Assembly: GCA_963823665.1 (NCBI GenBank)
Contig: CAWGMQ010000004.1
Location: 2,976,001 to 3,040,000, forward strand
Direction of reading: 5' to 3'
Length of the DNA: 64,000 nt
Source of the DNA: an uncultured Planctomycetota bacterium
GTDB lineage: Bacteria > Planctomycetota > Planctomycetia > Isosphaerales > Isosphaeraceae
Below the pieces are notes generated by a model, which searched no databases, had not been told where the DNA came from, and worked only from the letters and a program-made list of their open reading frames with translations. Positions 1-9,833 of the stretch are shown here, one piece after another; the first letter of the stretch is position 1; each line of letters begins with the position of its first letter. The position numbers were made by a program, and so were the translations under genes.

Positions 1-526
1 CGACTTCCTCGTTTGTCTTTCCCTCCAGGTAGCAGAGAATCACCGGCAGACGGTATTTCTCAGGGAGCCTTCCCACCTCGTCATGAAGCACGGGACGAAG
101 CTCGTTCCATGCCGCCGTTTCATCCTGCTGCTGGTTTTCGATCGGTGCGGGCGACATCGCCATTGCCTGCCTTTCCAGCGTACGCCGTCGATTAACGCTC
201 ACACGCGCCTTGACAGCAATGCGGTGCGCGACTTCATGAAGCCACCCAGCCAGCACCCTCCGGTTCCGGATCGAACCAGCCTTGCGTGCCAGCACGAGAA
301 ACGTAGCCTGAAACGCGTCTTCCGCGTCGTGCTCCTCGTTCAGGATGTGACGGCAGATTCCGAGCACCATCGGGCCATGGGCCTCGACCAAGGCCCCGAA
401 AGCCTCCTGGGCCGCCGCCGAATCTCCCGTGAGGTACCGCTCAAGCAAGCCGCCATCCGATGAATGATCTTGGGCGTGTTCGTGAACATCGTGCTTGACG
501 CGTGAATGCGCTAACGCACCGGACAT
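1..526 (-). CDS. ECF-type RNA polymerase sigma factor (5' part; runs off the window)
   Basis: Not in the ORF track; read by hand from ATG 526 (GAGGAG upstream): ...AFGALVEAHGPMVLGICRHILNEEHDAEDAFQATFLVLARKAGSI...LPEKYRLPVILCYLEGKTNEEV, i.e. sigma2 and the start of sigma4. ORF 83..463(+) is its antisense shadow. Confidence 0.93.
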   Translation of the reverse strand, partial: MSGALAHSRVKHDVHEHAQDHSSDGGLLERYLTGDSAAAQEAFGALVEAHGPMVLGICRHILNEEHDAEDAFQATFLVLARKAGSIRNRRVLAGWLHEVAHRIAVKARVSVNRRRTLERQAMAMSPAPIENQQQDETAAWNELRPVLHDEVGRLPEKYRLPVILCYLEGKTNEEV

Positions 527-706
527 GGTCGACTCCTCGATGCCCCGATTATCGTGTTCCGTCCTGATATAAGAGGAGGCAACACGGTGGACGGTTACGA
601 TTTCGTGCGAACCCTCATTCTACCAGAACGCGGTCGAGTGATGCGATCATCAAAGCATGGGCGAAGTTCGCGGCCGACGAGCGATTTTTGCCGGCGTTGC
701 TCGGAC

Positions 707-2702
707 CTAGGAGGCGGACGGGTCGCGAAATGGGGGTGATTCCACCACTCGAGGGCATCGGGGCAGGGAGTCCAGGAACATGCGGCCGTAGGGTTTGATG
801 AGCACGCGGGGGTCGAGAATCACGACGATGCCGCGGTCGGTTTTCGTGCGGATCAGCCGGCCGAATCCTTGCTTCAGCTTGATAACCGCTTCGGGAAGTT
901 GGTACTCGTTGAACGGGCTTCGTCCCTGGCTGCGGATGGACTCGAGCCGCGCCTCGAGCAGCGGATGGCTGGGGACGGCGAACGGCAGGCGGGTGATGAT
1001 GACGTTGGAGAGCGTGTCGCCGGGGACGTCCACTCCCTGCCAGAAGGTATCGGCGCCGAAGATCACGCTGTCGACGTCCGACTTGAACATCTCGACCATC
1101 TTCGAGCGCGGCATCCCGTCGCTCTGGGCGTAAAGGGCGATCTTGCGTGACGCAAGCCACGGGCCCAGCACTCGCGCCGCTTCCGCCAGCATCCTGTGCG
1201 AGGTGAACAGGACGAACGCCTTGCCGTGCGTCTGCTCGAGGTAGAAGGCGATGGCGCGAATGGCCTCGTCCTCGAACGCGTCGGGCTTGCTCGCGGGGTC
1301 GGGGAGGTTCTGCGGCAGGTGAACGGTCACCTGGCGGGCGTAATCGAAAGGGCTGCCCAAAGCCAGCGTCTGGGCCGTGTCGAGACCGAGCCGCGACTGG
1401 ATGAAATCAAATCGCGGCGGCGAGCCGACGCAGAGTGTTGCCGAGGTCAATACGCACGTGGGAACCCTCTTGAAGAGGAGACTGCGAAGTGCCGGTGCGA
1501 CATCCAAGGGCGCGGACGCCAGCCGCACTCGCGTGCGCGACCGTGGCTTCTCTTCGACCTCAACCCAGTAGACGGCCTCCGAGCTGTCTTGACGCAGCCA
1601 GCCGCTGATTTCTCCCGCGAGCCCGCGGCATCGCTTTTCCGCGGCGTCGAGCTCGATGCGCTGCGTTTTGTCCTTGATCTCGTGGGCCGCCTCACCGATC
1701 GCCGAGGCCAGCTTGTTCAGCTCTTCGGGAAGGATTTCGGGGCAGCCGATCGGCTTGCGCACCCTGCCGTTGAATCCCTGTCGCTGGCCATAATGCCAGT
1801 GCGCGATTGTATCGAAGAAGTCGTCCGCGGCAATTCGAGCGTTGTTGACCAGCGGCATTGCCTGCACGACCTTGTGGACGGCCAGAAGGCCGCGGCTGCG
1901 TGCGCTCGTTGAAGAGCCGCGCCAGCGTGTAGTCGATGCCGAGGCTCGAGAGCTTGAGCCCGAGGTGCTCGCCGGCGACGGCTTCGAGCGTGTGCGCCTC
2001 GTCGATGATCGCGACGTCATACTTCGGCAGCAGCCCATACCCCGCCTCACGCAGGGCCAGATCGGTGACGAACAGGGCGTGGTTCACGATCAGGATGTTG
2101 GCGTTGTGTGCTCGCCGCCGCGCCGCGTAGAAGAAGCACTCCGCGTGGCGCGGGCATTGTTTGCCCAGGCAGTTGCCATCTTCGCTCTGAATGGCCTCCC
2201 ACACGGTGGGATAAGGTCGATAATCGAGATCGGCGCGGCTGCCGTCCTTGGTTCGCTTGGCCCATCCCCCGATTGCGTTCAACTGGTCGGTATCTCTTCT
2301 GTCGGCGAACAGTCCGAACTGCTGCTGAAGCGCAACATCCAGGCGCCGCAAGCTGATGTAGTTCGACCGCCCTTTGACCAGAACCGCCGAGAACTCCTGC
2401 CCCATGACCGAGCGCAGAAACGGGATGTCCTTGCCGACAAGCTGCTCCTGAAGGGCGATCGTATGCGTCGAGACCACGACCTTCGCCTTGCGCTCGACCG
2501 CGGCCTGAATCGCCGGCACCAGGTAGGCAAAGCTCTTGCCCACGCCCGTGCCGGCCTCGACGACCAGATGGCTCGGCTTTTCGATCGCACGAGCGACAGC
2601 CGCGGCCATCGCGAGCTGCTCGTCGCGGTGCTCGTAGGACGAGAGCCGTTTCGCAATGACGCCGTTGGGGCCGAGGATCGACGTTGGGTCGAGGTGTTCC
2701 AT
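707..2702 (-). CDS. dinG: DinG/YoaA-family ATP-dependent DNA helicase (frameshift near 1895, probably a sequencing error)
   Basis: Walker A EAGTGVGKS, Fe-S cysteines (CLGKQCPRHAEC), DEAH box, then in the second frame LTSATL, FWQGVDVPG and QGFGRLIR. Confidence 0.9.
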
Positions 2703-2743
2703 AGTATGTCAGGCTTTCAGCCTGACGCATTTCCATTTCCTGT

Positions 2744-3778
2744 TCAACGACCAACAACTCCCTGCGTCGGGCTCGACGCCGTCGCATACAGCTTGCGCGG
2801 AATGCGCCCGGCGCCGGCTGCCAGCCATCCCGATTCCACGGCCAGCCGCATTGCGTGCGCCATGCGCAGTGGGTCACTCGCTCCGGCGATCCCGGTGTTG
2901 AGCAGCACGCCGTCGCAGCCGAGCTCCATGGCGATCGTCACGTCGCTTGCGGTGCCGACTCCCGCATCGACGATCACCGGATAAGACGGATCGGCACCCT
3001 TCAAGTCCTCGAGGATGATGCGGATGTTGTTGGGGTTGAGGACACCCTGGCCGCTGCCGATCGGGCTGCCGGCCGGCATGACGCTCGCGGCCCCAGCCTC
3101 CTTGAGCCGGCGCGCCATCACCGGGTCGTCGCTCGTGTAGCACAGGACTTCAAACCCTTCCTTGACGAGGATCTGGGTGGCCTCGAGCGTGGCGAGCGGG
3201 TCGGGGAGCAGGGTGCGGGTATCGGCCAGGACTTCGAGCTTCACCCAGCTTGCCCCGGGATTGTTCAGCCCGAGCAGCAATTCGCGGCCAAGCCGGGCCG
3301 TCCGCAGCGCGTCCTCGGCGGAAAAGCACCCCGCCGTGTTGGGGAGGATCGTGTACCTGCGAGGATCGAGATAGTCGAGAAGGTTTCGGCCCTCCTTGTC
3401 GAAGAGCCGCTCGCGACGCACGGCCACCGTGACCACTTCCGCTCCGCTGGCGTCAAGGCAGTCACGCATCATCTCGAGCGACGAGTACTTGCCGGTCCCG
3501 ACGAACAGCCTGCTGCGGAACGAGTGCTTGCCGATCTTGAGGGGTTCGAATGGTTGGGGCACGGCCGCCCCGCCCCCGACCAGCGTGACCACCTCGAGGA
3601 TGTCGCCGTCGGCGACCGCCGTCTCGGCTTGCCGCGACCGCGTGACGAGGCCCTTGTTGAGCTCGACCGCAACGTGCTCGGCCCGAAGTCCCAAGTGCCG
3701 GACGAGCTCCGCCACGGAGAGCGGACCGGGCAGCTCCTTCGTTTCGCCGTTGAGCGTGATGCGTACCGAGGATTCCAC
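2744..3778 (-). CDS. thiG: ThiS-ThiG fusion (sulfur carrier plus thiazole synthase)
   Basis: N-terminal ThiS fold ending VTLVGGG, then [22 protein letters not shown] and DAGVGTASD. Confidence 0.95.
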   Translation of the reverse strand: MESSVRITLNGETKELPGPLSVAELVRHLGLRAEHVAVELNKGLVTRSRQAETAVADGDILEVVTLVGGGAAVPQPFEPLKIGKHSFRSRLFVGTGKYSSLEMMRDCLDASGAEVVTVAVRRERLFDKEGRNLLDYLDPRRYTILPNTAGCFSAEDALRTARLGRELLLGLNNPGASWVKLEVLADTRTLLPDPLATLEATQILVKEGFEVLCYTSDDPVMARRLKEAGAASVMPAGSPIGSGQGVLNPNNIRIILEDLKGADPSYPVIVDAGVGTASDVTIAMELGCDGVLLNTGIAGASDPLRMAHAMRLAVESGWLAAGAGRIPRKLYATASSPTQGVVGR

Positions 3779-4010
3779 CGAGTCAGCTCCGGCTGCAGGG
3801 GCGACTTTTTGCGGTCTGCACGACTAGCTGTTCGCCGTAAGTCCAAACGCAGACGAGATATCTGGAATACCATTCCGATTGCGTCCATTCCTTGGCCATC
3901 CTATCCCCACGCGCCGACTTGGGTCAAGGCGTCGACGGCACTGCAATTGCACTTACTTCAGGCAGTAACGAACAACGAACGGGATCCGTGCCGTGTAAGG
4001 AGTCGCAACG

Positions 4011-4496
4011 ATGTTGATTCTGAAACTCTCGGCGGTACTGGCGCTAATCAGCCTACTCGGCTCAATGGCCGTCGCGCAACAGACCGATCCAGCCACAAAA
4101 AAGGCGGACAAGAAAACGACGCCCGAGTCGCTGGTGGGGCGTTACACGATCACCTCCGGCGAAAAGGAGGGCAGCAAGGAACCGGAAGAGCGGATCAAAG
4201 GAACGACCGTGACGTTTACCAAAGAAACGGTCATCGTTGCTGACAAGGAGAAGAAAGAGATCTATTCCGCCAGCTACAAACTCGACACCAAGACGACGCC
4301 TTGTCAGATCACGATGACGAGCAAGGTCGAAAGCTCGGCAGGTGAAATCGCCCGCGGGCTGATCCAGCAAGACAAAGACGACACTCACGTCGTCAGGCTG
4401 GTCTACGCACTGCCGACGGGCGAGATGCCGACCGAATTCAAGACCAAGGAAAAGCAGTTGATGTTCGTGATGAAGAAAGAGAAGTCTGAGTCCTGA
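4011..4496 (+). CDS. Exported planctomycete TIGR03067-like domain protein
   Basis: Signal peptide, LVGRYTITSGEKEG, YKLDTKTTPCQITM, MPTEFKT pattern; AGGAG RBS. Confidence 0.7.
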   Translation: MLILKLSAVLALISLLGSMAVAQQTDPATKKADKKTTPESLVGRYTITSGEKEGSKEPEERIKGTTVTFTKETVIVADKEKKEIYSASYKLDTKTTPCQITMTSKVESSAGEIARGLIQQDKDDTHVVRLVYALPTGEMPTEFKTKEKQLMFVMKKEKSES

Positions 4497-4518
4497 CTCG
4501 GGCTCAGTTCGACGCGAA

Positions 4519-7500
4519 TCAAGGCCGCGGCGGCACGCCGGTGATCGGCCCGGCCTTGGCGTCGTTGAAATCGGCGAGTGCGGTTGGGTCGGGTCGGGCG
4601 ATTCGCGTTCGGCGGGTGTCGGACTCCGCTCCAGGCTCGAGCAGGATGGTCAGGTCGTTGATGTCGTGGTCGAGCTGGCCTTCAAGGCAGATCAGGCGGT
4701 CGAGGGAGGGGTTCAGGCACCGGTTCTTTGCCGAAGCGTGATAGCCGGCACCGTCCTGGCTTCGCTCGACATCCAAGTAGACTCTCACGGCACTTGGAGG
4801 AAGGCCATTGAACTCGAACTTACCTGATGCGCCGAGCTTCGCGTGGAACCCGCCGCCCGCATTGGGATGGGACGCGAAGATGGTGCTTCCGGTAGGCACC
4901 TGTTTGCCGTCGGAGCAGATCACTCGGCCGGCGAGCGTGCGCCCTTCTTCGACGTGGCACTCGCCGATGTCGAACGTCGAGCCATCCTCGGCCGTTGCGA
5001 TGTGAATCGGAATGACGGCGCCTCCATCGGGCACGCTTGCGACCTTGGCATAAACCCAGAATTCGGCCGCTGCCGGGACGTGCGGGATGCGGAAAGAACC
5101 CTGCGAATCGGTTTTTGCTTCGAGGGGCGCAAGCAGAGTTGTATCCTGATCGCCATCGACGTACTTGAGTCCCATTTCAAGCCCCGCCACGGGCGGCTTC
5201 CCGTTCTTGAGCACTTTTCCTCTTACGAGAACGCCCGGGCCCAATGTGAGCGGTTCGCTGATCTTACCGTTCTGGTGGATGGAGATGAAGTCGCTAGTAG
5301 GATCGACCCCTTCGCCATCCTCGATGACCTCGAACTTGAATCGTCGCGAGGCGAACCCCTGCGCTCTGAGCACGAGGTCGAAGAGGTGTTGAGGCTCTTC
5401 CGCGCGGAAGGCGAACTCGCCGGCTTTTCCCGTCGAGACGACGGATTCTCCCTTGGTGTCCATACGATCCGCGACCGTGGCCGCGGCGATCGGCTTACCA
5501 TCGAGATCAACCACCCGGCCGCGGAGCATTTCAATTCCTTGCGTTGTGCTGAACGGAGAAGGTTCCGGCTTCGGTTTTGTAAACGGCGACCTCGGCAATC
5601 CCAACACATCCTCGACAGATCGCGCGATCAGATTGAACTCGAACTCGCGATCGAATTTCAGGTTGTCCATGGAAATCTCACCGAAGTCATACACAGTCTC
5701 ACCGGTATTCCCGATCGAGAATGTCGAGGCCCGATCGAGGGCCTCCACGGTTGCCGAGGCGACGTTGCCCGATTTGTCGATCACGAGCGTCGTCCCGATT
5801 CCATTCGTTTCGTAAGCCGTGATCGTTCGGCCCGAACCATCCTCGCTGGACCTGCGTGCGTTCGGGCCAGCGACGGTCGGTCCCGGCGGCCGGTCAAGAA
5901 GAAAATAGACCGGCGGTTCGCTCGTCAACTGTGTGCGAAGCGGGGCGACCGCGCGATTGAGCGTTTCGAGCGAGGTGATCGAGGCGTCGTGGAGGACAAG
6001 GATCGCAAGCGGTTTCCCAGCAAACTTCTTTTGAATCTGAGCGAGATGAGTCAGTGTCGGATTCTCAGACTCGTACTTGCTCGACCAGAAGCAGAGGATC
6101 AAGGCTTTGTCTCGAAAGTTGGCGAGTCTGACGGGCTTACCACCCAGGTCGAATGCGTCTATCTCCGTCGCCGGTTTGCCTAGCATCTTGAACCAAGCCG
6201 TCGACTCGAGTTGAAAGTCGGGGAGATCGAGTGGACCATTTCCGCGAGAAACGTTGATCTCCGCGACGCCTCGCATGGTGTCGGAATCGAATCGGATCTT
6301 GTACCGGCCCGGCAGTAACTCAGCTTCAAAAAGGCGGGGTGCGCCAGTAGATGCAGTCTCGTTTGTATCGGTCGAGTAACCCGTTTGCACATGTGCTGCT
6401 TTCTCGCCCATTCTGGCAATCTCACCCTCGTCGAGCCCGCCGGTGCTTGGATCGAGCGCGTACACGTTCCAGTGCAGATTCTGTTCGGGATGATCCTTGG
6501 GTGTCTCAATGACGCGAGCGCGGACCCGTCGAACCGGCTTGAGTGTGATTTCGAACGGCCTGTCCGGATCATCGTAGCGAATGACGGCGATTGCCCTTCG
6601 CGCGAAATCAGGAGACGCGAAGTGGATCACAATCGGGCCGTGTTCCGGAGACAGCGTGAGCGCACCCTCAAACTGGCCATTGGGCTCCGCCCGGAGCGCG
6701 GAACCCGCTTCTCTGTGAACCGCGAGCATCTGTAGGCGGTCGCTGCCAGAACGAATCTCAAAAACGTCTTTCATTTGCGCGATGGCGCTTGCTTCCTTAG
6801 ATAGAGGCAGATCGCGCCGCCAAGGAGTCGGGCCAGCTTGGAGGACAAACCGCCGGATGTCGGCCGGATGAATCGGTTGCCATTTTCCTCCCTCATCTTT
6901 CAATTCGAAGTACTTGCCGAGCGCCCCCGGCGAGACGACCTTTCCCTGCTCGTCGCGGAACGGCTCCTGGCGCTCGCGAATGCGGTCGCGTTCTGTGATG
7001 AGCTGCCAGCTTCCTGGCCACCCGCCGACGCCCCCGCCGATCCACGCCTTGGCCACCGGCTGGCCAAACTCGTCGCGAACGATTCCGCGAATTATTCGGA
7101 AACAAGTCTGGTGGCGGGGGAACCTTGTCCCGGGCAGCTTCCGGTGGTTCCTCAATCGCTGCGAGGGCGACTTCGGCCGGTACACGCGGTCCGTGCGCCC
7201 TGCTCGCTCGAATCGCCCACGAGGTTGCGCCGGAGACCAGAACACCGCCGAGCAAGATGATCGCCGCCGCGACCTTGAATCTCGTCAACGCGATTCCGCG
7301 CAGCACGTGTCTGGCCATCACCACCGAGGCTGCCCCGGCGATCGCAGGGCCGCTAGAGTGGGCAATCTGAATTGAGAGCCGCACCGTTGCTTCGGCCCAG
7401 GCCTGCGGGACAGGGGATGAGAGCTGGCCGAGCCCACCGGCTCCGGCGAAGGCCGATGCAAGGCCGACGCCGCGTTTTTCGAGCCGTGCTTTCAGCTTCT

Positions 7501-8074
7501 GCCGGCCGCGTGCGAGCCGGCTTTGAATCGTTCCAAGCGGGCAGCGCAGTTGAGCGGCCGCCTGCTCCTGACTGAGCCCATCGAGATAGCACAGGATAAG
7601 CGGCTCGCGGAAGGCTTGAGGCAGCGATCCCAGCTCGTCGTGGAGGGCTGCCCAATCTTCGCGGCTGTCCATCGCGGTGAGATCCGCTGCGACCGCATGC
7701 CCGGCTGCTCTCATTTCTCCCCCTCGGCGCTTGCGCTTGCGCCGGCGTGCCGCAGCGATTCGCACGTTGGCCGCGACCCGAAGTGCCACGCCGTGCAGCC
7801 AGCATCCCAGCGATTCGCGGCGGCTGATTGTTCCGGCCCGTTTTGCCAGGACGAGGAACGTCGCCTGGGCGGCGTCCTCGGCGTCTTGTTCATCGCCAAG
7901 AATCTGGCGGCAGATCCGCAAGACCATGGCTGCGTGCCGGTCGACGAGGGCTGCAAACGCGGCTTCGGCATCCTCGCCCCGGCGCTCGAGGAACTGTTCG
8001 AGCAACTGCCCGTCGGTCAAGCCGCCGGCGGTGCCGGTGTGGAAGAGGGTTTCGATTTGCTTGACGAATTCCAT
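4519..8074 (-). CDS. One-component ECF sigma factor A: sigma core, TM helix, carboxypeptidase-regulatory-like repeats and a TlpA-like fold (frameshift near 7098)
   Basis: Starts MEFVKQIETLF; DAEDAAQATF, FREPLILCYLDGLSQEQAA, GTIQSRLARGR; TM helix KVAAAIILLGGVLV; continues in ORF 4519..7245 with GIVRDEFGQPVAKA and GRVVDLDGKPIAAA repeats. Confidence 0.88.
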
Positions 8075-8127
8075 CGCTGGCCTGCAGGTTAGGCGCTTTG
8101 CACGTTTGGAACGGCCCAAACTTTCAG

Positions 8128-8158
8128 TGTAGTGTGCGCTGGCGTACCTGGCATTCCC
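8128..8158 (-). promoter_or_regulatory. Putative ECF autoregulatory promoter GGGAAT-N18-CACTACA (copy 1)
   Basis: Same motif and same spacing upstream of three ECF genes and one relic. Confidence 0.65.
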
Positions 8159-8244
8159 GAGTTGCTGGGATTTTCGTGCGCAGCGAGAATTCCGTTCGAT
8201 TTCGACGCAGCGCATCGGGGCCGCATCTCCCACGTCTGGCTGGC

Positions 8245-8273
8245 TTGAGCAGGGTTCGTGCACGGGTTAGAGT
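8245..8273 (+). promoter_or_regulatory. Sigma70-like promoter TTGAGC-N17-TAGAGT ending 6 nt before the rpn ATG (leaderless start)
   Basis: Conserved in the paralogous locus (TTGAGC-N18-TACGGT, 14154-14183); no Shine-Dalgarno sequence before ATG 8280. Confidence 0.6.
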
Positions 8274-8279
8274 GCCATC

Positions 8280-9252
8280 ATGGCGTCACAGCGCAAAGAG
8301 CCGGACGATCTCGATAGTCCTTGGAAGGAAGCGCTCGAGCACTTTCTCGAATCGTTCCTCGCGCTTTGTTTTCCGAAAGTTCACTCCGGCATTGACTGGT
8401 CCCGCGGGTACCAGAGCCTCGACAAGGAGTTCCAGCAGATCGTCCGCGACGCGCGTGTGAGGAAGCGGCTCGCTGACAAGCTTTTCAAGGTCTGGCGCAA
8501 CGGCGGCAGGGAGGCCTGGCTGCTGGTTCACGTCGAAGTTCAGGGACAGCGGGAGAAGGCCTTCCCGGAGCGAATGTACGTGTACAGTTACCGGATTTAC
8601 GACCGCTACCGCCACGAGGTCGCGAGCCTGGCTGTGCTGTGCGACGAGCATCCGACCTGGCGGCCTGACCACTTCGGGTACGATAATTGGGGTTCTAAGG
8701 TCGGGATTTGGTTTCCTGTCGTCAAACTGATCGATTTCCGTGGGGATGACGGGGCCCTGGAACAGTCGCCCAATCCATTTGCAGCAGTTATACTGGCGCA
8801 GCTCAAAGTCATCGAGACCCGGAAGGCGCCGGCGACGCGCTGGCAATGGAAACTCCGACTGATCAAGGGACTCTACGATCGCGGGCTGAAACGAGAGCAG
8901 GTGCGGCAACTTTTTCGCGTGCTCGATTGGATGATGGCCCTACCACCGGAGCTGGAGCAGTCGTTTCGAACCGAGTTTGCGCGTTTTGAGGAGGCACGAG
9001 GCATGCCATATGTGACAAGCATTGAAAGACTGGCGCGAGGAAGGACTTCAGGAAGGACTCCAGAAGGGCGTCGCCAAAGGCTTCCAGGCCGCCATCTTGG
9101 AGCTTCTGGAATTCAAGTTCAAGAAAGTGGCTGCGAAACACGTGCGAAAGGTACGCTCGGTGCGCGAGGTCAAACGGCTCCAAGCCGTACTACGAGCCGC
9201 GAGCGAAGCGAACACGCTCGAGGAAGCCCTCTCGCCGCTTCGCGATGATTAG
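8280..9252 (+). CDS. Rpn/YhgA-like PD-(D/E)XK nuclease, long form (frameshift near 9037)
   Basis: DSPWKEALEHF, ADKLFKV, HVEVQGQ, FPERMYVY.YRIYDRY, MPYVTSIERL; the C-terminus continues in ORF 9022..9252. Confidence 0.85.
9003..9252 (+). CDS. Predicted intragenic small protein (RpnS-like antitoxin) from an internal start
   Basis: GAGGAGG (8988-8994) lies 8 nt before the in-frame ATG 9003 (MPYVTS). Confidence 0.7.
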
Positions 9253-9274
9253 TGCGCCTGAGGAGGCACGGGGC

Positions 9275-9596
9275 ATGCCGTATGTGACGAGCGTCGAACG
9301 CCTGGCGAGGGAAGAAGGGTGCGCGGAAGCGCGCGGAAGCGTGGCAGGATGGATGGCGCGAGGGCTGGCGGAAAGGATGGCGCGAAGGATGGCTGAAAGG
9401 ATGCGAGGAGGGCTTTACCGAAGGCTTCCAGGTTGCGATCTTGGACCTCCTGGAGCACAAGTTCAAGAAAGTGGCCGCGAAAGACGCGCGTAAGGTTCGC
9501 TCAGTCCTCGAGGTCGAGCGGCTCGAGACTGTGCTACGCGCCGTGTACAAAGCGAACACCCTCAAGGAAGCCCTCTCGCCGTTTCGAGATGATTAA
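9275..9596 (+). CDS. Stand-alone RpnS-like cassette with expanded 4-aa repeats (frameshift near 9333)
   Basis: Own GAGGAGG (9260-9266) plus ATG; MPYVTSVERLAREEG...WQDGWREGWRKGWREGWLKG...FQVAILDLLEHKFKKVAAKDARKVRS...ALSPFRDD*. Confidence 0.8.
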
Positions 9597-9692
9597 GTCG
9601 CGGTCGACAAACTTCTCGAGTCGGAATGGAGTTGCCGAGGCGAGATGGTGGGGGAATGTGCCAGCGCGCATCGCCCCCCACGCGCTGCCCCC

Positions 9693-9833
9693 TCACGGCC
9701 GCGGCGGCACGCCTGTGATCGGGCCGGCCTTGGCGTCGTTGAAGTGGGCGATCACGGCCGGGTCGAGGTCATCCCGTTCGTCGCGGCTGGGTCTGGTCCG
9801 CCCGCCTGGCTCGAGAAGGACCGCGAGAATCTT
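9693..9833 (-). pseudogene. Orphan 3' tail of an ECF-A-type gene
   Basis: KILAVLLEPGG...DPAVIAHFNDAKAGPITGVPPRP* matches the C-terminus of the 4519 gene (TILLEPGA...DPTALADFNDAKAGPITGVPPRP*). Confidence 0.9.

Noticed and set aside
8280..9252. IS element / transposase call for the Rpn gene
   Set aside because: No terminal inverted repeats or target duplication seen; motifs are PD-(D/E)XK-like, not DDE.
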